IMG/VR virus record: IMGVR_UViG_3300027777_000045
Span: 1-56,201 of that record
DNA: 56,201 bases
Reading direction: 5' to 3' (one strand)
Source of the DNA: a virus
Lineage: Duplodnaviria; Caudoviricetes
The notes under the pieces were generated by a model. The model saw only the letters and a list, made by a program, of their open reading frames with translations. It was not told the origin of the DNA and searched no databases. The translations under genes and the position numbers were made by a program. Of the stretch, positions 30,855 to 40,257 are shown piece after piece. How positions within the stretch are numbered: the stretch's first letter is position 1; every line of letters starts with the position of its first letter.

Positions 30855-32090
30855 TTAACCCTCTCGATAGCGACCTTTTAGACATTCTACAATACACGTA
30901 TATCTAGGTTTTTCTGCGACAAGACCTATTTTATGATGAATTCTTGAAATAAGAAATTTACCGGATAATAATGGATCTTCCGTAACAGTACCAGTTGTAG
31001 CTGAATTATTTGGGAAAGTACAATTAATAGTAGAACCTGGTGTTAATACAAAATCTCCTGGTACTCTTATCTTTAATGCATTTTGTAATAGTAATGCTAT
31101 ATATGCTTCTAAATTAGGAGTGCCTTCAGGAATATTGGTTACAGGTCTTTGTGAATTATCGATGGGTATAAATGATTGTGGTGGTATTCTTGGTTTTAAG
31201 TATCTGTTAGAAAATGCCCCTGAAACATCTGACCCGGTACCACCGTCTTTGAATTTAGTATCATTTGTTGGAACATCTATAATATTATATTCACAAGTGG
31301 TAAAATTAAATGTTGCTATCCTTCTTGGGCCACCATAAGTTACTCGATCAAGTGATGATAATGCTGTAGGTACTTGATATGATAATATATTTCTATCCAG
31401 ATCGGGACTTAGTACATTAACATTTATAGCACTAGATTGTACAAAACTTTTAACCGGGCTTGTAGCAAATAAATTTTCAATTGTAACAAATTTGAATATT
31501 TGATTATCCCCATTTCTAGTTTCAAAAAATACATAAGATGATGATTGATTTTCAACTGATATGGATCTTGATTTTACAAGATTAATTGCTTTATATGGAC
31601 TTAAATTACTTACAGGTAATATTTGTGGTCCTTTGGTTTGTTCCGTAATTATTTGTTTATCAGTATGAAGATATGTTTTTGCTATATCTTCAACTATCTG
31701 TGAATTTAATACGTTCTCATAACCTTTTTGTACGTATTCATTTTGTGCATACATGGCTTCAATACTGACACACTTCAGTACATACATTTTTGCTCTTTGA
31801 TTTGGTAGTTGTTGACCTTCGCCACGTTCATAAAGAGCAAATTTATAATGTGCTTTAACATCACTTGGACTTACTAGATTAAATTCAACTAATTCATCAC
31901 CAAGCAAACGCAAATTGCCGACAATATCTTGTGAGTCAAGAACTGTTATATCACAAACTATTCCTGGTGTAAAGATACTTTCGTAAATTGATGCTGATAC
32001 AAATGATGTTGTAAGTGTCAAAGAACCACGAGGAGAAGTTATAAGTAATTTCTCTACCCGTACATCACCAATCGAAATATTATTTCCCAT
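30855..32090 (-). CDS. Baseplate hub protein (gp27-like)
   Basis: SIYESIFTP; YVFFET...FKFVTIENL; IRVPGDF.L.PG; LSGKFLISRIHH; lies between gp53 and gp5. Confidence 0.7.
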   Translation of the reverse strand: MGNNISIGDVRVEKLLITSPRGSLTLTTSFVSASIYESIFTPGIVCDITVLDSQDIVGNLRLLGDELVEFNLVSPSDVKAHYKFALYERGEGQQLPNQRAKMYVLKCVSIEAMYAQNEYVQKGYENVLNSQIVEDIAKTYLHTDKQIITEQTKGPQILPVSNLSPYKAINLVKSRSISVENQSSSYVFFETRNGDNQIFKFVTIENLFATSPVKSFVQSSAINVNVLSPDLDRNILSYQVPTALSSLDRVTYGGPRRIATFNFTTCEYNIIDVPTNDTKFKDGGTGSDVSGAFSNRYLKPRIPPQSFIPIDNSQRPVTNIPEGTPNLEAYIALLLQNALKIRVPGDFVLTPGSTINCTFPNNSATTGTVTEDPLLSGKFLISRIHHKIGLVAEKPRYTCIVECLKGRYREG

Positions 32091-32993
32091 TTATTTTAAC
32101 AAAGCCTTTAGTTCACCTGCAATTTGAGTTGAATATTGTTTCTTTAAAACTTGAATTGACTTATTTTTCTCATTAATTTCAGCTTCATATTCATAATAAT
32201 AAACTGGACTCCAATAAGTTGTTTCATTTACAGGAATATTATTTGTTATAAGAGTTGCATTGGTATAAAGTGTTTTAACTCGAGTTTCTCTACCCATAAT
32301 ATAATGTGTGGAACCATTTTCAGTTACATTACCAGATGTGTGCTGAATTAAAAGTGGTGAAACACTTGTTTGTCCATTTGTTGTTATATACTCAACACTT
32401 TTTCCACAAACTTGACCACTTCCTATAATTGTATTACCATTATATACATCAACTATTTCATCCGTAACAAATGCAGGAGCTTCGACTGTATATTGAACAA
32501 CCGCGTTTGTTGTTAGTTTCCAGTCAATCTGTTTACGTTTATAACCAAGTGGAGTCATGGAATAAAGAATATCACCATAAACTGGTTCATAAAATCGTTT
32601 CAGTGATGGATACAAACTTTGGAAAGTTATTTCAGAAATCGTACCCTCATTAATATACCAATTATTTCTATAGTACTTTATTTTTGAAGTAGCATTTGAT
32701 AAACTACCATATTTCTTGGTAATAAAATCATTAAAACTTGCTTGGTCTAGATACCAATCATAATACGGGTCAATTACTTTATTCGTTATATGAAGAATCC
32801 AACCCATATATTCATCTTGATAATAACGATTTGCTATTTCATCCGGATGTTCATTTTGTTGAATATCATATGGATAATAAAAGATAGGATTATTATAAAC
32901 AGAATTAAGCGTTTTTACTCGTTCCGTAATGTTACGAACTGGAGCACCATTATATCTAATAATAGGAAATTTTTCGAAATATTTTTCAGCCAT
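32091..32993 (-). CDS. gp53: Baseplate wedge protein gp53
   Basis: YFEKFPIIRY; YDIQQNEHPDEIANRYY...WILHITNKVIDPYYDW; YEYEAEINEKNKSIQVLK. Confidence 0.88.
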   Translation of the reverse strand: MAEKYFEKFPIIRYNGAPVRNITERVKTLNSVYNNPIFYYPYDIQQNEHPDEIANRYYQDEYMGWILHITNKVIDPYYDWYLDQASFNDFITKKYGSLSNATSKIKYYRNNWYINEGTISEITFQSLYPSLKRFYEPVYGDILYSMTPLGYKRKQIDWKLTTNAVVQYTVEAPAFVTDEIVDVYNGNTIIGSGQVCGKSVEYITTNGQTSVSPLLIQHTSGNVTENGSTHYIMGRETRVKTLYTNATLITNNIPVNETTYWSPVYYYEYEAEINEKNKSIQVLKKQYSTQIAGELKALLK

Positions 32994-33011
32994 TCTTTAA
33001 ATTCCTAATTA

Positions 33012-34064
33012 TTAACCTGGTAATTGTACTGTGGAAAATTGTGCGGCTTGATTAATTGCTTCACTGTTGGTTTGTACATCACGAATAAGTTGACTTGCGG
33101 GTATTGGCGCCGCATTTTCAGCAACTGTATCATTTGATCTTGTTGATGTGTAATCTCTATTAGTCCAGTATTCAATCTCTTTTAATTGTATAGTAATTGT
33201 AACTGCAGTTGGTGCATCAGTTCTTCTGTAAAAGGAAGGAGCAGAACCAGGTGCATAATTTACTGAAATACTTTCAACAACTGCAGGTTTGAATCTATAC
33301 AAAAATTCACTTGAAGGATGTAAACTAACTGTTACCATACTTGGGAATGAAAATATTAAACCTATACCATCACTTATACCAGGTAATGAATGATATTGAA
33401 AAGTGGTAATGATATCTCTAACAATACCACTCTCGATTTCATTTTTAGGTATTAATTTCCAAGTAAATGTATGTGATTTAAAATTTGGTCGTTCAAATAA
33501 AACCGTTTGGTACGGATTAACTGTTAATCCGAGGTATGATCTAATTCCTTTACCTGCATTAGTATCTTGTAAACCCTGTACAAATTCCGCAGCAACTCCT
33601 TTTAAGGCTGACGTTCCAATATCTGCTACGGATTGAAGTGAAGAAATAGCACTACCTGTTTGTTCTCGATTTATTGCTGCTTGTTCCAAAGCGGCACCAA
33701 CTAAAGGATCCATATCAGGTGTTGAATAACTAACTGATGTATTATCTTTTAAATTATCGGGTATAGGTAATCTAATTGTACTTTTTGATCTTAAAAATGG
33801 TGAATTATTAATTGATCTTTTTACATATTCTTGAAAAAGAAATGACATATAAAATTTGGTGGTTGTGGTTAAATCACTGGGAAATTCACTTTGTTGTTGG
33901 AATTGATTTGCCATTTCAGATCTAGAATTATAAAGATTTTGAGCATCACCATAAGCTAAATAAGCACCAGCGCCAACAGCAACACCGGTTGCAACCGCAC
34001 CGACAGTTTGTACTGTAGCACTGACGACACTAGCACCTCCAGCAGCAGTAGTAAGTATACCCAT
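33012..34064 (-). CDS. gp48: Baseplate tail-tube cap gp48-like
   Basis: IRLPIPDNLKD; VNPYQTVLFERPNFKSHTFTWKLIPKNE.ES; ISVNYAP; ITIQLKEIE. Confidence 0.8.
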   Translation of the reverse strand: MGILTTAAGGASVVSATVQTVGAVATGVAVGAGAYLAYGDAQNLYNSRSEMANQFQQQSEFPSDLTTTTKFYMSFLFQEYVKRSINNSPFLRSKSTIRLPIPDNLKDNTSVSYSTPDMDPLVGAALEQAAINREQTGSAISSLQSVADIGTSALKGVAAEFVQGLQDTNAGKGIRSYLGLTVNPYQTVLFERPNFKSHTFTWKLIPKNEIESGIVRDIITTFQYHSLPGISDGIGLIFSFPSMVTVSLHPSSEFLYRFKPAVVESISVNYAPGSAPSFYRRTDAPTAVTITIQLKEIEYWTNRDYTSTRSNDTVAENAAPIPASQLIRDVQTNSEAINQAAQFSTVQLPG

Positions 34065-34077
34065 TTTCCAGTCCTAG

Positions 34078-34103
34078 AATAAATATGATTATTCTTATTT
34101 ATA
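34078..34103. promoter_or_regulatory. Face-to-face late promoters for the two divergent structural operons
   Basis: TATAAATA on minus at 34096-34103 (gp48 operon); one-mismatch AATAAATA on plus at 34078-34085 (gp4 operon). Confidence 0.65.
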
Positions 34104-34116
34104 CTGATAATTCAAA

Positions 34117-34548
34117 ATGGCAAAATATCTACAAGGCTTTTTCAAACCTTTAAACCCTCATAAATATAAAGGGAATCCAACTAATATCGTATATCGTTCT
34201 AGTTGGGAATTACGACTCATGTCTCACTTTGATGAGCATCAAAATGTGGTATGGTGGTCATCAGAAGAACATGTGGTTCAATATCGTTCACCAATTGATG
34301 GAAAAATTCATCGTTACTTTCCCGACTTTATTATAAATACAAGGAATAAAGAAACGATTATGATCGAAGTAAAACCTTTGGCGCAAACAATTGAACCCAA
34401 GAAACAAAAGACTCCAACTAAAAGATATATTAACGAAGTATATACATGGGGTGTAAATTCTGCAAAATGGCATGCGGCGGAAGAATATTGCAAAAATCGA
34501 GGATGGAAATTCCAAATAATGACCGAAAAAGATATTTACGGTAAATGA
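34117..34548 (+). CDS. gp4: Head completion nuclease gp4 (TnsA-like)
   Basis: FKPLNPHKYKGNPTNIVYRSSWE; WSSEE; HRYFPDF; IEVKP; NSAKWHAA. Confidence 0.93.
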   Translation: MAKYLQGFFKPLNPHKYKGNPTNIVYRSSWELRLMSHFDEHQNVVWWSSEEHVVQYRSPIDGKIHRYFPDFIINTRNKETIMIEVKPLAQTIEPKKQKTPTKRYINEVYTWGVNSAKWHAAEEYCKNRGWKFQIMTEKDIYGK

Positions 34549-35144
34549 CAGCTTATATTTTTCAACAATTATCAGAAAGAGGCCGTGCTGAAGGTATTAA
34601 TGAAACCACAAAACGCAGAGATGCTAGAAGATGGTTTCAGAATGCAGCACAGAAAGTACAAAGAGTCAATAAAAATTTGATGTTGGATGATCGTGAAAAT
34701 TTGGTTAATTCAATTGATGCCGAATCAATTGGTAAAATGTATATGTTTTCGTATTTGCCAAAACATAAAGAAACACTTCCTTATTATGATATGTTTCCTT
34801 TAGTGTTTCCGATCGATTTAAAAAAAGATGGATTTTTAGGTATTAATCTTCATTACTTACCACCCGTTCTAAGAGCAAAGTTAATGAATGCTATATATCA
34901 AACAATCAATAACAATGCTTATAATGATACCACAAAACTTAAAATATCATACAGTATTCTAAGCAATGCTTCTCGTTATCGATATTTTAGTCCATGTATT
35001 AAACATTATCTTGGTGCTTATGTTCAAAGCAGCTACCTAAATATTGAACCTACAAATTGGGATTCAGCATTAATGTTACCGACAGAGCAATTCAAAAAAG
35101 CAACTAAAGAACAAGTCTGGAAAGATTCAAGAGGTATGATCTAA
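34545..35144 (+). CDS. gp2: DNA end protector gp2
   Basis: GKMYMFSYLPKHKETLPYYDMFPLVFP; GFLGINLHYLPP..RA; PCIKHYL; VWKDSR. Confidence 0.92.
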   Translation: MTAYIFQQLSERGRAEGINETTKRRDARRWFQNAAQKVQRVNKNLMLDDRENLVNSIDAESIGKMYMFSYLPKHKETLPYYDMFPLVFPIDLKKDGFLGINLHYLPPVLRAKLMNAIYQTINNNAYNDTTKLKISYSILSNASRYRYFSPCIKHYLGAYVQSSYLNIEPTNWDSALMLPTEQFKKATKEQVWKDSRGMI

Positions 35145-35959
35145 TGGCTGGATTTAACATAGCTGAATTTTCCACAAAAATTAATGAACGTGGTACGCTA
35201 CAGAATAACAAATTTATTGTCAGTATAACAAAACCGAGAATATTCTCTGATGATGATTTCAACAGAATATTAGAATTTAGAGCTTCCAATGTAAGAATAC
35301 CTAGTATTAATTTTGATGTACTTAGTACATATCGTTATGGTGTAGGACCTCAACAAAAAAATCCAACAAATGTAAATTTCAATGATATTACTATATCGTT
35401 TATTGAAACCGAAAGTAATTTTATTTGGAAAAGTTTTGCTTGGTGGATTAATGAAATTTTTGATTTCAGTGATCGTGGAAATGGAACCATAAAATATACA
35501 TCGGAATATAAGCAATACTATACATCACCAACCATTAAAATTACTGTATATAATAATAAAGGTGAAAATGTTAATGTGGTAGTTCTTAAGGAAGCTTATC
35601 CTATTTCATTAAATGATGTTGATTTGTCTTGGTCTAATAGAAATAATTTAATGATGATTAATGTAGGCTTTACTTTCAGAGAATGGTATTTTGAAGGATT
35701 TGAAACAATTCCTGCGTATGAATCTGGTAACATACCTGGTGATAGAATATTTGCATCAAGTCAAGTTGCACCAGCAGCAGCACCCGAAAGACCAGTTACA
35801 ATATTGCCTACACCACAACCTGTTATAAATCAAGGTGGTTTTGATAAAGGTGCACAACGAATTCGTTCAAATAACTGGGCGATTCGTGGTGGAAGTGCTT
35901 TTAATAATTATTCCCCCGAGCTTCAAGAACAACTGAGAGCATTAGAAAATGAACGATAA
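35144..35959 (+). CDS. Tail tube initiator / tube-fold protein (gp54/gp19-like)
   Basis: FNIAEFS..I...G....NKF; LKEAYPISLNDVDLSWS; VGFTFREW. Confidence 0.7.
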   Translation: MAGFNIAEFSTKINERGTLQNNKFIVSITKPRIFSDDDFNRILEFRASNVRIPSINFDVLSTYRYGVGPQQKNPTNVNFNDITISFIETESNFIWKSFAWWINEIFDFSDRGNGTIKYTSEYKQYYTSPTIKITVYNNKGENVNVVVLKEAYPISLNDVDLSWSNRNNLMMINVGFTFREWYFEGFETIPAYESGNIPGDRIFASSQVAPAAAPERPVTILPTPQPVINQGGFDKGAQRIRSNNWAIRGGSAFNNYSPELQEQLRALENER

Positions 35960-35981
35960 TCTTTAACAATGGAGTTATATT

Positions 35982-36692
35982 ATGCCACTACCTAAAATCA
36001 AACACCCAATCCATGAATTCACAATCCCATCAATAAGAAAAAAGGAATTGTTCAGACCTTTTCTTGTTCGCGAGGAGAAAATTCTTTTAATGGCAAAAGC
36101 ATCAGGTGATCAAGGCGATATTCTAAGAGCAGTTAAGCAAGTAGTCAATAACTGTGCTATTAATAAATCATTTGATATTGATAAGATTGCCATCTTTGAT
36201 GTTGAATATTTGTTCCTACGATTAAGAGCTGTTTCAATCAACAATATGGTAAAGGTTTCATATATTGATAATGAAGATACAGAAGTATATGATTTTGAAA
36301 TTGATCTTTTAAAAATAGAAGTTAAGTTTCCAGAAAAAGTGGATCAAATTATCAAGGTTGATGACAAGATCACCATTGTTATGAAACACCCACCTGCATC
36401 ACTATTTGATGACAAGGATTTTGCAAATTCAGGCGAAGATGTTTTTTATGAACTTATTCTCCGTTGTATTGATAAGATTTATGAAGGTGATGATGTTTAT
36501 GATCCTTCCGAATACAGCAGAGAAGAGATAGAAGAATTTTTAAATGATTTAGATGTTGATGTATTTGAAAAGATTCAAACATTCATGTCCAACATGCCAA
36601 AACTCTATCATCGGATCGAATATAAAAATAAAAATCAAAAAGATAGGGTAATTGAGCTGACTTCGCTCGCCGATTTTTTTATGTTGGGCTAA
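35982..36692 (+). CDS. gp26: Baseplate hub assembly protein gp26
   Basis: MPLPKI..P; FRPFLVREEKILLMA; FDVEYLFLRLRAVS; KIQTFMSNMPKL; ends LADFF-MLG. Confidence 0.9.
   Translation: MPLPKIKHPIHEFTIPSIRKKELFRPFLVREEKILLMAKASGDQGDILRAVKQVVNNCAINKSFDIDKIAIFDVEYLFLRLRAVSINNMVKVSYIDNEDTEVYDFEIDLLKIEVKFPEKVDQIIKVDDKITIVMKHPPASLFDDKDFANSGEDVFYELILRCIDKIYEGDDVYDPSEYSREEIEEFLNDLDVDVFEKIQTFMSNMPKLYHRIEYKNKNQKDRVIELTSLADFFMLG
36674..36680 (+). other. Candidate -1 programmed frameshift slippery site T TTT TTT
   Basis: GAT TTT TTT ATG TTG GGC TAA at the end of gp26; the -1 frame is open from 36656 to 36862. Confidence 0.65.
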
Positions 36693-36862
36693 ATCATAAT
36701 ACACTAGAAAATTACTATACTTCATTATTTTCATTGGTTCAACACCATAAATATTCAATTGCAGATGTTGAAAATTTAATACCTTTTGAACGTGATATCT
36801 TTGTTGAAATGCTCCTGCAATATCTGAAGGAACTTGAAGAACAAAGGAATCGTAATGTCTGA
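36674..36862 (+). CDS. gp51: gp51-like baseplate assembly ORF in the -1 frame with no usable start codon; absent from the ORF track
   Basis: FFYVGLNHNTLENYYTSLFSLVQHHKYSIADVENLIPFERDIFVEMLLQYLKELEEQRNRNV matches the short gp51 family pattern (LENYY..F.L.QHHKYS...EN..P.ER). Confidence 0.75.
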   Translation, partial: FFYVGLNHNTLENYYTSLFSLVQHHKYSIADVENLIPFERDIFVEMLLQYLKELEEQRNRNV

Positions 36863-37154
36863 TAGTAATATTGATAATAGTGTTTTAAATCAACAGCTGG
36901 AAATACAAAATGAGCACTGGGTTAAACAGTATTGGCGTCCAGCAATGGGTTGGCTATACATGGCGATGTGTGCATTTGATTTCATAATCTTTCCTTTAAT
37001 TATGATGTTTCTACCTGTTTTTACTCATGCACCATATGCTAAATGGGAAAGTCTGACCCTTTCAAATGGCGGACTAATTCATTTATCATTTGGTGCTATT
37101 CTTGGTGTTTATGCTTTTAGCAGAAGTCAAGAAAAAATGTCGACAAGTAAATAA
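36855..37154 (+). CDS. Holin-like membrane protein (GTA 3TM holin-like)
   Basis: WRPAMGWLYMAMCAFDFIIFP...HLSFGAILGV.A..R..EK; likely start is ATG 36855 after an AAGGA RBS, not TTG 36834. Confidence 0.7.
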   Translation: MSDSNIDNSVLNQQLEIQNEHWVKQYWRPAMGWLYMAMCAFDFIIFPLIMMFLPVFTHAPYAKWESLTLSNGGLIHLSFGAILGVYAFSRSQEKMSTSK

Positions 37155-37156
37155 TA

Positions 37157-40100
37157 ATGGCAAAAAGATCTTTACCTAGAGCCACAAGACTAGCTAATAT
37201 AGCAGCAAAAAAACCTAAAGCGGCTGCACGTATAAATGCAAAAAGCGAGGGTGGCAAAAAAGTATTAAGAATAGGTAGTAAAGCATTCAATAAAATGTTC
37301 CCACAGTTGGGGAGATTATTGGGTGGTGTATATCGTGGTGGATCAAATGAAAATCAATCGTTGACTTCAGGGACACCTACCGCACAAATAACAAATAATT
37401 TGTATGGACAAATATTAGAAAATCAGAATAGACAAAACGATATATTAAATCAAATTTTACAGCAAGTAAAAAATTCAAATAATACTTTTCTTGGACCATC
37501 ATTATTAAATAATAATCCATCGAATAATAATCAAGGTGGTGGAACTGGTAATGGTCCATCAAATAATAATAGAAACAATAATAGTGTATTGGATGATTTA
37601 CTTACTATAGCAGGATTAGGTGCAACTGGTTATTCTACATGGGATGCAATTAGAAAACTATCGAGATCAGGCCCAACTGTAAGACCACCGACTAATGTAC
37701 CAAGACCTGGTGCACCACCAGAAGCACCACCAAGACCGGGTGCTCCACCAAGACCAAGTGCACCACCAACACCAGAAGCACCACCAAGACCTGGTGCACC
37801 TGGATCGAGACCCGGCACGGCACCTGGAGCAGTGGAAACACCAAGACCTGCACCGCCTGGATCAAGACCAGGTGCACCACCAACACCTGAAGCACCACCA
37901 AGACCTGGTGCACCTGGATCAAGACCCGGTGCGCCGCCAACACCAGAAGCACCACCAAGACCCGGCGCTCCACCAAGACCTGGTGCGCCATCTGGAGCAG
38001 TAGAAACACCAGCGCCTACAGAACCAAGAACAAGACCATCAGTACTTTCGGAACCGTCAGGAACAGCAAGACCTGCACCACCTGGATCAAGACCAGGTGT
38101 TCCATCAGCACCGACAGGAACACCAGCGCTTACAGAACCAAGAACAAGATCATCAGTACTTTCTGAACCATCGGGGACAGCAAGGCCTGCATCGCCTAGA
38201 TCAAGACCAGGTGCACCACCAGAGGCAGGAAGAACACCAACTGCGGTAGAACCAGGAACAAGACCAGGCGCTCCACCGGAAGCAGGAGGATCCTCGGCAA
38301 GACCAACAACACCAGGAAATATACCACCGAGACCGGCGACACCCCCAGTTTCAGCAAGACCAGCAGCACCACCTGGGACAGCAACTACTATACCACGACC
38401 GGTTAATTCACTCAGTATTAGTCAAAGAATTGCACAGGCTAGTACAATTGAAGAACTACGTGCTATACAAAATCTTGAATTTGAAAGATTAGGAACTACA
38501 CAAAGGCAAGCACTTGAAAATATAAGATCTGTTGAAAGAGCTCGGGTAATTCAAAGACAAACATCCCAACAAGTTGATCAACTTCAAAGATTAGTGAGTC
38601 GCCGGGCTGAACAATTAATCCCACCAACGGTAAGTGCTGTGCCATCTTCCGCTGTGAGCGTAGTACCGGGGAGAGGTATACCAACTCCTAATGTAGGAAC
38701 TAGTAGTTTACCACCACTATCATCTTCTTCTGCACCAATACCTAGAATCCCACCAACAGTAACTGCTGTGCCACCCCCAGCTGCTATACCTAGACCCCCA
38801 GGACCAATAAATCTTGTAGCACCACCACCGCCTCCGGCTGCAGGTCCTGCTACACCTGTTGTAAGACAAAGAATATCAACATTATCAGAATCGAGAGTAC
38901 CAAGATCAACTCCTTACAGATCAATTAGACTTGGTCTAAGAGGTTTAAGAATTTTAGGATCGCTTGGACTTAGAGTATTAGGGATAGCTAGTGGAGTATA
39001 TTTAGTTTATGACGTATATGTTGGGTTAGTTGAACTTAAAGCTAGAACAGTATCAATAAGTGTCAGAAATAGACAGACATTTTTTACCACATTAAATAAT
39101 CTAATAAGAAGACTAGAAGCATATAATGGTCTTTTAGATCAATTTGATAATGAAACAGATCAGACAAAAATACAAGACTTAGAAAATACAATCAAAGAAG
39201 AAAATGCAGAAATATCTTCTCAATATGATCGTATTATCGAAATGGCCGAAAATTTAGATAAAGAATATAATGAAGATGTTGCTCGTAGACTACGTAACGG
39301 ACAAAATATTCCCGAAAATCAAAGACAAGCGCCATATTTAAATATTTTGGCAAATATTGGCATATCCGGAGTTCAGCAACCATCTGATGCTACACCTGCA
39401 ACTCAAAATAAAGATGAAAGTGATGGATCTGGTGGTGGTGATGAAAATGGTGGTTCTGGTGGTGATGCAACTCCAGTTAATAATAGTTCGGTTAGTGCTA
39501 AACAAGTAGAAAATATACCAGCACCACAACAGCGTCAAAATAATAGTTCATCAACTGTTGATACAACTTCACAAATATTGTATACATTAAGAACTAGAGA
39601 ATCAGGTAATAATTATCGCGCTCAAAATCCTGTAGGATCTGCATCTGGTGCATATCAATTTATTGATAGAACATGGAGGGGAGTCACTAGACAATTTGGT
39701 ATAGGTACTGAATATCGTAGAGCTATTGATGCGCCTCCAGAAATTCAAGATGCTGTAGCAGCTGCTTATGTTAATTCGATATTAGCAGCAAATAACAACG
39801 ATATATCTGTTGTGCCTTTGGTTTGGTATACCGGTAATGCACAAGGTCGAATGACGGCAGAGGCTTTAGCTGTTAATCGTGGTTTAACAAGTGCTCAGTA
39901 TCAAGCAAATTGGATGAGAACATTTCAGAGACAACATGGAAATGTACCATTACCGCAAAATGTACAAAGAAGTTCAACACCACAAAGTTTAACATCACGA
40001 TCAGAATCAGTTCCACAAACTGGATCAAGATTAACTCAAGCTGGTACAAATATGGTTGCTGCAGATCAACGTCGTGCAAAAACTTTTCAAGAGATATTAA

Positions 40101-40246
40101 GCAGTATACTAAGAATACCAGGACAGCAAAATCAAATGGGATCAGCATCATCTAATAATATTAGAACAAATAATGTATCTGCTACTGAGGTACCTTTACG
40201 TAATAGATTAGAATCCGCGTTTGGTTTAAAAAAGAATATAAAGTAA
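37157..40246 (+). CDS. Tape-measure/ejection-like protein with Pro-Arg repeats and a lysozyme-fold (lytic transglycosylase-like) domain
   Basis: Position after gp26/gp51; hydrophobic segment ILGSLGLRVLGIASGVYLVYDVYVGL; RESGNNYRAQNPVGSASGAYQFIDRTW...APPEIQD motif. Confidence 0.65.
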   Translation: MAKRSLPRATRLANIAAKKPKAAARINAKSEGGKKVLRIGSKAFNKMFPQLGRLLGGVYRGGSNENQSLTSGTPTAQITNNLYGQILENQNRQNDILNQILQQVKNSNNTFLGPSLLNNNPSNNNQGGGTGNGPSNNNRNNNSVLDDLLTIAGLGATGYSTWDAIRKLSRSGPTVRPPTNVPRPGAPPEAPPRPGAPPRPSAPPTPEAPPRPGAPGSRPGTAPGAVETPRPAPPGSRPGAPPTPEAPPRPGAPGSRPGAPPTPEAPPRPGAPPRPGAPSGAVETPAPTEPRTRPSVLSEPSGTARPAPPGSRPGVPSAPTGTPALTEPRTRSSVLSEPSGTARPASPRSRPGAPPEAGRTPTAVEPGTRPGAPPEAGGSSARPTTPGNIPPRPATPPVSARPAAPPGTATTIPRPVNSLSISQRIAQASTIEELRAIQNLEFERLGTTQRQALENIRSVERARVIQRQTSQQVDQLQRLVSRRAEQLIPPTVSAVPSSAVSVVPGRGIPTPNVGTSSLPPLSSSSAPIPRIPPTVTAVPPPAAIPRPPGPINLVAPPPPPAAGPATPVVRQRISTLSESRVPRSTPYRSIRLGLRGLRILGSLGLRVLGIASGVYLVYDVYVGLVELKARTVSISVRNRQTFFTTLNNLIRRLEAYNGLLDQFDNETDQTKIQDLENTIKEENAEISSQYDRIIEMAENLDKEYNEDVARRLRNGQNIPENQRQAPYLNILANIGISGVQQPSDATPATQNKDESDGSGGGDENGGSGGDATPVNNSSVSAKQVENIPAPQQRQNNSSSTVDTTSQILYTLRTRESGNNYRAQNPVGSASGAYQFIDRTWRGVTRQFGIGTEYRRAIDAPPEIQDAVAAAYVNSILAANNNDISVVPLVWYTGNAQGRMTAEALAVNRGLTSAQYQANWMRTFQRQHGNVPLPQNVQRSSTPQSLTSRSESVPQTGSRLTQAGTNMVAADQRRAKTFQEILSSILRIPGQQNQMGSASSNNIRTNNVSATEVPLRNRLESAFGLKKNIK
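37680..38400 (+). repeat. Imperfect tandem coding repeats (PEAPPRPGAPGSRPGAP; EPRTRxSVLSEPSGTARPA x2)
   Basis: Recurring DNA units gaagcaccaccaagacc and ggtgcacctggatc(a/g)agacc; boundaries approximate. Confidence 0.9.
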
Positions 40247-40257
40247 GAGTATAAAAT

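Noticed and set aside
34332-34339. TATAAATA inside gp4
   Set aside because: Could serve gp2, but it lies in AT-rich coding sequence and cannot be told from chance
34117-34548. TnsA transposase or homing endonuclease
   Set aside because: Motifs and position next to gp2 identify it as T4 gp4 head completion protein
37630-38384. Repetitive His/Gln-rich and Val/Leu-rich alternative-frame ORFs
   Set aside because: By-products of the PPRPGAP coding repeat
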